Shown here one piece after another: positions 37,701 through 49,700 of a stretch of DNA of 64,000 nucleotides (its first letter is position 1; the number at the start of each line of letters is the position of its first letter). Below the pieces are notes generated by a model. That model was not told the origin of the DNA. It was given only the letters and a program-made list of their open reading frames with translations, and ran no database searches. This DNA is from Mytilus californianus (lineage: Eukaryota): contig NW_026262582.1 of the NCBI RefSeq assembly GCF_021869535.1, positions 34,782,001 to 34,846,000 of the forward strand, given 5' to 3'. Position numbers and translations under genes: made by a program.

Positions 37701-40700
37701 ACGCCCACTCTGACGTTGTGTATTCATGCGCCAAAATGTGTGTACGTTGTTATTGTTAATATAAATAATATAAAAAGCTCTTTGAGCCTTATTTTTGATA
37801 GAAATTTATTTATAATGAATGACAATAATTTATTTTGAATTTATTGAACCATAAAATTAATTTTTGACTCTTCACATTTTACATAATCCGCTTCGCGGAT
37901 TATTCAATGGGAAGAGCTAAAAATTAATTTTATAGTTCAATAAATTCAAAATAAATAATAGCCATTCATTAGATAAGTTTTGTATACACTGCAAATCACA
38001 AGAGCGGCGAAAGGTACCATAGGGATATTCAAACTCATAGGTCGAAGATAAGCTGAAAACGTCATGGCAAAAAACTAAAAACGACGAACAGATATTTATT
38101 TCAACGAAGTTTCTTCATTAGTTGATTTTTGCGAAAATCATCTACTAAATTGTTTACGCTAAGTAGGAGATGCTCAACCTGTTCATGCATATGATCCAAC
38201 TCAATTTTCTATTCATTCAAATATTAACACTTATCTCTCCATTGTCATGCCATTGTCTCGAACTTTGTGACACAATATTGATTTCTGTTTTGAAACAAAG
38301 CAACGATCTTGTTTTTCACTGTTACAAAAGAAAATCCTAAATGCATATTTCTTTGAAATTATTATTAACTTATTGATGATAAAATATCCCTAATAAGGGC
38401 ATTTCAGTATTCTGGTGAAATTGGAATTCATACATTAAATAAAACCAGGTTTAAGGTCGCAGTTTATGGATATGATAAACGGAATTGTCCTTCGTAGAGT
38501 GGATACGTTTAGGCGTGACTGGACACGATACCCTGACGATGTTAGTGAAAGGACACATTTTAGCGTCATTAATAAGACACGTTTTGGCATACAATGACCT
38601 ATAATGCACACGTTTCGGGTGATTTTGGACGTTATAGGAGAAGGACACGTTGATGCAAAATTTTATACGATGTTTATCTGCCCTTCAATTCGGAAATGAC
38701 GTGTAGTTTCAAAGGAGTTTTATCGTTGTGATAAGAAGGAAACATTTCATAATACCAATTATGAAGGTAATTAATACTATTCTTCCAATTTCCCAAGAAC
38801 TGGAAAAAGATCGGTTAATTGATTGCAATGGTTGCATGTTGAATGCGTGTAAGATCCAGGGACAAATATCTGAAACAAGATCAATTCACGGAGATAGGCC
38901 TTTATAGAATGAAGAAAATTATTAAACATCCATTGACATATATTTTGTCATTAATTTCGACACGATAAAAACAGGTATCCAACCAAAATAACAGCAGGAA
39001 AATTTATAGTCATTTCTATTACATTTTGTTTTATTTTTTCATTAAGTGGAGAAAATTAAACGACTAAAAGTCCAGTGACAAGTTTTTATGGAATACTTAT
39101 ATTGTCACGATAAAAACAAGTATCCACCAATTTATCAATATCGACTCTTCGTTTACAGTCCACGTTCTTCCTTTTTGCAGCTCTCCTCGAGCATTCATTT
39201 GTTTAAAGTACAATATACAGGGAACCATTTTAATTTAGGGTTAGGTTTACAAATTTGGCTAGTGTTAGGGTAAGCCCTCCTCACCCCCTCACCCCTTTTC
39301 TCGATTTGTTTTTGATATATTGTTGTATATGCATTTCGTTTACATTTATTAGGACATTTTATGGTCATTGATTTCATAGTTTACTAGTTCAAGGAGGCGG
39401 AGCTTGACAGTGAAATAACAACTTTTGATTCATTCAGTTAACGCACTCCTCTAAAAATAACCGAAGTTACCTCACTCGAAGATCAAAGGAAAAATTACCA
39501 TTCATCTTACAAGTAGCTATTAGCAGTTAGTGTTAGATCACAAACTATAAAAATCGGTGTGTAAATCACCCTAACAAAAAAGATTTTTGTTTTTGACTGA
39601 CAGTTTTTCAAACACTTTAATTGTTATGACGTCTTTCAACAATAGTACCATTGTGTAGCCTCAATAAATGTATTTACTGATTTTTATAAATTTCAACTAT
39701 TTAAAAAGAAAAGTAATATATTCAAGAGAAGAATAATTTATTGACAGGATCCCAGTTCATACCTTTTTGTTCCCGCAAGAAGTCCTATCCCATGCTGTTG
39801 ACGCGATACAATTTGACGGTTTAGTAGGATCATCGCAATACATCTGGTTACATATTGAGGTATAATTTCCTTTAAAAAGATTCTGAAATTGAAAACAATA
39901 CGTAAGCAAGTCTGTAATTATGGGCTTAGACCATTATGATTTTTCGGTTTTATTTTCATGTTTACACATGAATTGGCGTAATTACCTTGACATATAGATG
40001 AATGCAAAAGAATGATATTAACTATCTAAGCTGACAAAAAGGTTTATTCAATATTTGAAAAAGGACACTTCATGTACGTGACCAATTGTGGTATCCATGT
40101 TGTACATGTTAAAGGTTATTGTTGTTTTTATATGTTTATATTTCTATATTGTTATATTTCTATATTTTATGTTTAACATTTATATATGCACTCTTTATCT
40201 TGTTACGATATTACCTTGCATAACTTTGATGTTTTACCATGCGTATGTTTACATTGCGCGTCTGCATCGTATGCCTGTCCTGCATATGTTTTGCCGTATT
40301 TCGCCAGGGCAGTTGGATCAATGTTTGGTCCTAATGTTTTCATACAGTTCTTATTTTGACTGAAAAACATAAACTTAACAACTCAACATTATCATTGGAA
40401 GGTAAATATAAGATGTAAATTACATTAAGCATGTTTGTGTACGTTCATTAGAGAGAAACTGTCAGATCAAATATGTATGGTTGAGATTTTTTTATTGTTT
40501 GTCTTTATAGAATATATTTATCTGTCGTTTTTGTCATTATTTTGTTTCATCTTAATTTTTTCAATTTCATAATTTGCGCTTTTCATTTTTGCAGTTTTCT
40601 TTACATTGAACTTTGACAAACATTCAAAATAGAAAACATTGATTATTTTCGTTTATTTTATGTTAAAGTGCACTTACGAATCTAAACTGTCTAACTTTGA

Positions 40701-43700
40701 AGTGAAGTAATTTGTAGAACAGGTGGAAAAGATCCAGGGATGCGTTGCTGTAGCACCCAAGTGGACTGTACTGACAGCAGCCATAACATAACCATCAGCC
40801 GCAGTACAACTATTGCCATCACTATCGTGATTTGAATTTAGACTAGAAAGTAAACGACAATAGTCAATATAGTCCTTTTAAAAGCAATGTGAATATAATC
40901 GACCTTATGTAAATAAATATCAATACATCTGTTATCCAAATCTGTATTCAAAGAATGTAACTGTTTGAAAATCGAGTTGTTATAGGAACCCTACAAAACA
41001 TATAGTATTTGAATGTTCAAAAATCATTTAAAGCCTAATACATGTACATGTGCACTTTCATAAGGTCGATTTATATCCGACTCAGCTCATATACTGATTT
41101 TGTAACATTTTTCTTTCAAATGAATATGCTGTAAATATTATGTCTGCTTTTATCAAATTGTGTACATATTGATAAATTAAACCGTAAATGATTGGTATTG
41201 TTTTGTTCGCTGTTATCAATTTTGTAAGCAGTGCACTTCAATCGTTACTTAAAATAACAATGTATGTGAACCAGGTGCAATATGGCAACATATATACATT
41301 TGCATGCCTACTTGTGTCCAAGTTCATGAGACGATGTTGTGATGATATTGTAAGAGAAATCATCTTCTATAATTGATTGGGCTGATTCTCCACATACTCC
41401 CCCTAAAAAAGCTAGACCTATATAAATATAAAAAAAAATTTGCGATACAAATACATGCCTAATGCAATGACATGTTTGACTTCACTACAATTGTTACTTT
41501 AAAGGAACATTATATGAAATTGAAACTCCATTGAAACTTTTGCCGAGACCTTTTAAAATTTTATTTTTATTGTAATATATTTAGTAACAAATTTGAGATT
41601 TTTATATATTGTAGTTTTAAGAGTGTGATTCGTCAAATTAAAATTACGTTATAACATACATTTTTTTCTTGAAACACGCATGTTATTATGTAACTATATA
41701 TTTTGTTATTGATATATGGGTAAATAGAAGAGATTTTGACAATTTTGTATACCGATACTTACCAGCAAGGTTTTTAGAACCATTTTTTGTTATCAAGTCA
41801 TACCTGAAATTTGCAAATTGAGTATAAATTTTCGATATAAATTAGACACTTACAATGACCTTGAGCAATATTTATTTTTAAGGCATCCAAACAATTCACA
41901 AAATCATTAATAAATATATCGAGGTTAACATTCGGGGTTCAAATGTAGATATGTGGGTATTCGATTTGACAAGGTGATTATATCATGTTTATATTTATCA
42001 ATATCATTGTTAAGTTGTCTTTTTGTATTCTCCAACAATGACACAAAGAAAGTTCCTTTTCTGATATGTTTAGAGTGTATCTATGTAAGTGTATTGTAAA
42101 AATGTAATTAGAAGTTGCACTACTTTCCTCTTTTCCTCGATTGTGACATCACCAAATGAGAATTGAAACTGAATTTGTACGTACTATGAGCAAAGGGACA
42201 AATGCAACATATGGAGCAGGATCAGCTTACCCTTTAATGGAGCACCCGAAATCACCTCCGTTTTCTGTGGGGTTTGTAATACTGAGTTAATAGGTTTTTA
42301 GTTTTTATTTTGTGAGGTATATTGTCGTCATAATACGAGGCAAGGAACAACCAACTGAATTGCTCTGATTGATGTACAACTTATTTGTTTAAATGCTTAT
42401 TGTTTATGGATAAAGTTCCTTTTTAATATATATTTATAGTTTCAGATATATTGTTCATCTACATACTCAGGCGACGAATTGCTCAGTTTATCAAATTAAT
42501 ATGGCCTTTAGTTTTATACTTGTCGCCTCGTTATTCTGTTAATTTATATACAGAATTACTAAGTTATGTACTTTGAAAACAGCATGGCATGATCATGCAA
42601 AGGTAAAGTGGAAAATCTTGTCTTTATCCACGTTTTGAATTTGTTCAAACTAACTGTTGCGTTTAAGGTATTCCGGGGAGTATCAATTTTACGCACATCT
42701 TCTGTCCAAAATGCATCCCTCGGTGTCTGCAAAATGAAAATAATACTTAATAATTAATATATCATATATTCAATTGAAAACAACAGTTCATACATGTTCA
42801 TGAGATATTATATTAGAAGTCCTTTTTTTCTATGGAATTAGACATTTTAATTAATCTTGGAAGCGCACATTTTTCTTCGCACCGAACGTACGCATTGAAT
42901 AGCATTATGTAAAATTGTGAATTTCATATTCCTGTGAGTAAATATCGGAAATTGTAACCAGAAACAATCTCTGTGAATGACAAATCAGTATTAGACGTTG
43001 AAAAAACTCACGAAAGAAACCAGGCATATCATTTTGTTTGCTATGCGCGCGTTTTGCCTACAAAAGAATCACCAGTGAGGCTAGAATCAAACACGTCAAA
43101 AGGCAAAATAAGGTACGAAGATTAAGAGCACTGAGGACTCAAAATTCCGGAAACATTTTCCGAAAACAACTAAGATAATCTATTTGTGCGCTATAATTGA
43201 AGCCATACACCATATAATGATATTTGGTTTTACAATTATTGAATGACATACACCTATTAAACGAATACGTTAGGTATTGTTTTAACGCAAACACACGTGT
43301 CTGTTTGAAATGTTCCTTTTATAAAGAATGGAACTAATCCTTTAATTGACCGTTGTTAAAACCAAACAGTTTAGTTTCGGCAGCTTAAAAACCTCGGGCT
43401 TTGTTTGAAAAAAACTAAGTTGTCATTGAAACGGAGCTTTGTTTTATCGTTTTGTGTGTACATGTTTTATGCCAGTTTTCTAGATACATACAAGTCCGTT
43501 TTCTCAACTAATTGTATTATAATACCGTCCACATCCTCTTCTTATTCAATTGATAGATATTTTTAAAATCCTATTGTCTAAAATATGGAATACAGTGTGC
43601 AATTTTCAAATTATTTTTTGTTTCTCACCTTAGAAATAATCAACGAGGCAAATAAAACGGAAATCGTGTAGGAAGATGTCTGTATATTCTTATAAACGGC

Positions 43701-46700
43701 ATCCATCTACAAAAGGCATAAGAAATGGTTACACAGTGAAACCTTCCAAACCCTTCGTAAACTTGAAGCCTTTTATGATTTAGCTTATAAAGTTATATTC
43801 GGAGGTTTTTATTCAGTTAAGACAGGTTTGAATAAAGCGACACCGGAAGCTCTTTTCCATCACTGCTAACAGTTTTATATGTTGCATGTCAATGTAGCTG
43901 GTAATTTAAAGTGTGTCTGATTTTAATATACCTTGCCAATTATTTCAAAAAGTTGACAGTTGAAATCCATGAAGAAAAAAGAAAACACGAACGATACATA
44001 TTAAATGCAACGAACACGTTTTTTGTATTTGTCCATTGGGCGAAAAGCTATTTGTAATGATATAAGCTAATCAATGTTATCAATGCACATGCGTAGTTAC
44101 CTATATTTGGCTTTATTTGGGCACGCATCATTAACAAATATAAAATAAAACGATAAGAAAAACATGTGAAAAACATGTAAAAACAATTATGATCTTCCTT
44201 CAGCAAATACATACTGAGCCTTTAAGAATGCCACACGATCTACGAATATACCAGTTTTATGATGTCATTTTGAATATTCTTCACAATAAAATGATTATTT
44301 TATGTTAGATTCAAAGTTTCGACGTCATGAACAAGTTTATTTTCACATTTATTTTATAAACTGTAGTCATTTATTATATTATGACCTTTGTATTTTACAG
44401 AATTTATCTAGTCTATACATCTTTATATTGTTGTTTCCTGTCCTAAAACTTCACCATTGCGAGGTGTTAAAGACATCATTCGAAGTTGCTTGCCTTTTTG
44501 TTTAATAAATATATTAAAAGTTTAATCATTTACTGATACTTCCTTCAACGTTTTGAATAATGAAAATGAAAAGAGAAAAATGCCTAACAAATTAAAATTA
44601 CTCGTTATTTTCTCTAACTTTATGAATCATAATAATAACACTAATGGTACCAATTTCTCTGCACCAGATGTGCATTTCGACAATAAATGTATCGCCAGTG
44701 ATGCTTGAGGCCAAAATATTTGAAAATCCAACGCTTATTAAAAAGATGAAGAGCTATCATCCGAAAAGGGCAAAAAGGTATAGTCAAAGTCGGGCAGGGG
44801 ATCAGAGTTATGCATGAGGGAGATAATATTCCTTAGTTTAAGATAATTTCTAAAATATTGTAACATCAAATTAATAATATAGATCTACTTTCACTTAATT
44901 TACATACCCCATTAATGATGAATGCGTAAAACTGACGAATGGATGCTATAGCCTCTTTCTCTTTAGCTGTAACTGTTGACTTTGTAGATTGTGTGAACCA
45001 GCTTATGACGAAAGACAGGTAATAATATTATTAAACCTGTCACATCAGTGTTGTGAAATAAAAAACACAGATTCTTAGTCTACATAATACTTACTGTATA
45101 TTGAGATTGTAAATTGTCACCGTGTATCTATGTCTTTAAAGACATTATCAAAAAGTAAATGGTGCTTAAACACGTTTTTTGTTATATGTATGAACATATA
45201 GTTTGAAGTAATTGTCATTAGTAAAGTAATTAATATGAATTCTGATAACCTACCAACTTTTTGTAAGAAGAAAGACAACTCTCATCTGTATGTTATAAAG
45301 TAAAATGATACGACAAATCCAAGTATAATCAAAACAGAAAACATTTATTTGCATTCTAACGTCCCTTCTTGTTTTATGAAGCCTGTCAACACTGAGGTTG
45401 TGAATAGGAACCCTGCATGTAGTAGGTGTGTTGGACTTCGGTCTTTATTGACTAGGATTTTCATTGTTTTCTTTTAAAAATCAGTAGTTAACTACGAATA
45501 CTCCCATTGCCTCCACCAATAAGGCTGGCAACCATGATATAGTCAGGAGTGCTTACAAGTTGCATTGAACAACACAATCAATCGTCAATCAAAAACTTCT
45601 TTTGTACAATTATAATTAAATTTTTCAATTCTTTGCAATTTGAGATATGTCAAATCATTTACTACAGTTGGGTGTCAGAATTGGGCACCACGTTATCTGC
45701 ATTTTTTAGAGGATAATTGTTTTCTGAACATGTTTTTGCTTAAAGCAAAGACATTCGCAGCTCTTAGCAATTTTTGCCATTGAAATACAACTGCTTCAAT
45801 TATTCTACCCTAGAGTGAACATAAACAAGGGTTAAAATCAAATCGATATTCACTGAGGTCTTTAATAATTAGATATTTGCTTTTTCTAGTGTTAACGAAG
45901 TTGGGCATTCAAAATGAAATTTGGTAAATAATTTTGGGTTTTTTAATGGCGATTATTTCCTAACTAGATTTTTTATTGCAATTTTCATTATTTTGTTTGC
46001 TCTTTAAATCCTTTTATTAAATGAGTTTCAAATTTAAAATGAAACCTGTTAAAACTCTTAAAAGTCTTAACGATATTAGGTTTATACTTTTCAGATGATG
46101 TTAAGATCATAATGGCCGTTCATATCCTGGATATGTACAAGTTTTAATCAACTTACAAGTTATATACCGTATAATCACACACCATCAGTAATTCTATTTG
46201 ATAATTTCCCGTGGCTCTTCGGCGTCGGTTGGTTTTGTGTTCATTTGTTTGTTCGCTGTCTGAAATAATAATTGATTTTATTTGATTGTGTCTTACATTG
46301 TTATACTATTCATTCAAGAAGACTTTTTACAATTTAATATTAAGAATGTTTACTGAATAACCATGGAGTACACGATGATAGATTGTTAGTGATAAATGTA
46401 AAATGAAAAACAAGGTTGCTTTCATTTTAGGGGTATGCAATAGGATATTTTCCGCTATTATGTTGTGGGTCTTATTTTGGCTGTTAAATTATTTATCTTT
46501 TACAAATCCTTCATTTTACACGTTTTACTTTGTTGTTCTATGACGTAGGTACATCCATATATGTGGCAATGTATAAATCTACAAATGTACACCGAAGTCT
46601 GCTAAAGAGGAGCTTCTATATGTAGTTAACCATCTTTGGATGCTTAAATAAAGAACATATACTAATTTTGCGATGAACACACAACATTTGGAGTAGGATC

Positions 46701-49700
46701 TGCTTACCCTTCCGGAGCACCCGAGATTCAACCAGTTTTTGATTGGGTTCGTGTTTTGTGGAGTTGTTCGTCTTTTCGTTTTGTTTGTTTTTTGCTATAG
46801 TCAGTTTTTTCGACTAATGAGTTTTTATCTCCTTTTGTCTTCAACCGCTTTTTGTTAATATTTTTTTTAAATTTTGATTCAATATTTTAAATGTGGATAT
46901 AAAGTTTGCTGCTTATGTAAAAAGTAAGAAGATACCAGGGGCAATTGAGGCATAATTGGGAGTAAGACAGACATCTACATGAACAAAAATAACCAAATGA
47001 CGAATATTTGAACAAACCATTGAATTGTTCGAAATACTAAAGATTTTCTACCCCACGAATAGAAAAAAGTTAGCTATATTTGATAAAACCTTTCGGAATT
47101 TTGGTTCCCCAATGCTCTTACCCTTCGTATTTTATTTGGCCTTTAACTTTGTTTATTTGAGCGTCACTAATGAGTCTTTTGTAGGCGAAACGCGCAACTT
47201 GCGTACACAATAATACAATAATAAGCCTAGTATTTTTGATGATTTTTTTTTGCTTCGAAAAACTACGTAGTAAATTAGATATAAGAAAACACGGATCCAC
47301 AAAAGATCTTGGGAACAGAGAAACAGTCGCGACGATATAAACTGAGATATAACTTAAACAAAACTAACCGCTAGTTATTTCACCATCATCATACAATAAT
47401 GGTTTGATTTTTTGTTTGATAATTTCAAATTTTTGCATTTCTCTGTTCTTTATTGATCCGTTGGTATCAGCTGTTTGTAGAAAATATCCTTCTCCATTTC
47501 GAATAAATGATCCAAACTGCAAAGATTAAAACAAAATACACGATAAAAAGGTTATATATTAAATATGGGGATAAAGAAAACCAACGTTTTTGTAATATAT
47601 TGAAAAATAAATCACTTTAACTTCTTTGGACATTTGCCGAAATACTAAAATATAACAGTCTAAGTTGAACACTTTGTTTTATTCAAATATCACAAATCAA
47701 GCAAAAGATAAAAAAGCTGGATTATAATAAGTAATTTATCGCACGATCGTCTTCCTTGATTAAAATTTAAGATGTATAGTGTTGAACAAAATTTAAACTT
47801 TCTGTCTGATATATTGATAAATTTATAACCAACATAATATCAAAAGGAAAACTTGCAAAAATGAAAACAATACTATATAAGTTCAATGCGTCCGAAGCGC
47901 TCTTCTGGATTTACCTTCATCAGAAACGCTCAAATAAGCATATTTGAAAGCTAAAGAGCTATATGACTAAAAAGGACCTACATGAATAGCCAAATCCATC
48001 TAAGGTCAACTTTGCCTGAGGGAGATGACACCTTAGTTTCTTTATAATTTAAAAATTTACAAACGGACAATTTTAGAAAGTTTTGTTATAAATCATTGTT
48101 ATAAAACACCGTAGTACTGACTATTGATCTGATAATACCCTCGGGGACTGATAGTCCATCAGGAGTGATATCGACCCAGTGCTGTAAGAAACAACACGTT
48201 TTAAATTTCATGCGTCCGAAGCGCTTGCACCATATAAATAGTCATGTTCTAAAGCAGGAACCTCGTCGACAACGGTCATTATGGCCTAATGACAAGCGTG
48301 ACGATTTCAGTTTTCACATTTTTCAATTTCCATTTATTTGTAGTACAATGTAACCTACTCTCTACCACATAATTAAACTACATTCGAAAATCTCAACAAA
48401 CACATTGTTCACAATAAATGGACTCTAATCGACAAAAAATAATCCAGCAGAGTTATAGCAATGGTCGACTGAAATCGATACTACACAAAAAGTGAAATAA
48501 CAAAAATACCGAACTCCAAGGAAAATTCAAAACGGAAAGTCATTTATCGAATGGCAAAATCAAAAGCTCAAACACATCAAACGAATGGAAAACAACTGTC
48601 ACTTTCCTGACTTGGTGCTGGCGTTTCCTTATGTAGAAAATGGTTGATTAAACCTGGTTTTATAGCTAGCTAAACCTCTCACTTGTATGACAGTCGCATA
48701 CAATTCCATTAATATTGACACCAATGTGTGAACAAAACAAACAGACAAGATAGGTAAAAATTTCAAAATAGGGGTACAGCAATCAACATTGTGTTATAAT
48801 GCTTATCACTATAAAAACAAACAAATATGTCAACAAAGAAAAACAAAAAGCACATAAGCAAAAATGAAAGACAAGAATACAAAAATAAAAATTACCATAG
48901 CACAACAACACAAGTACCAACCCACGCCAAAAGGATATTACCAAAATTGGACTAAACAGTGAAGGTTAATAATTTACAAAGACAAATAAAAGAACACTAT
49001 AACACGTTATTAAGTTGATAAACAACATCAGTACCTAGAATCTATACATTAATATATCCCCCAGAACTAGAAATTAAAGAAACAACAGCCACGGCTTCAT
49101 CCGCCTCATTTTTAGACTTATACCTCAAATTTGACATACACAGTCATCTCAGTACCAGAATCTATGACAAACGAGACGATTTTAATTTTAAAATTATCAA
49201 TTTCCCCCACCTTAGTAGCAATATACCAACTTCACCTGCATATGGGATATACATTTCCCAACTTATTCGGTAAGCAGCTTGCAGCTCCTACTCAGACTTT
49301 GTAAAACGTCACCAGTGTCTGAGCAGAAAGTTGATCCTTTGATTCACCATAACAAATAAGGTGACCGATATGATTAGGCTGTAACAGAATTAGAGAGAAA
49401 TAATCGTCAGATCTATCAATTTGCCGATTTTGTCCCATATTGTATCGGGACAGTATGTCCAAGTATTGATTTACATTGAAGAATATGCAATTATGACAGG
49501 AGAAGCTTACAATTTCAACATTTGTGGGGTTCGCTCCGTTTCAAGGTCGCGTCATTCAACCATGTGGTTTTGTCTTTTCTATTCAAAATTAATCTTACTG
49601 TTTCGAAGATCAGTAAAACCATTGTTGCTTAGCGTTTTGTTATATCTAAGTAAGAAATACTACCATGTTGAGAGAATGGTTGTGACCAAACTGTAATGCA

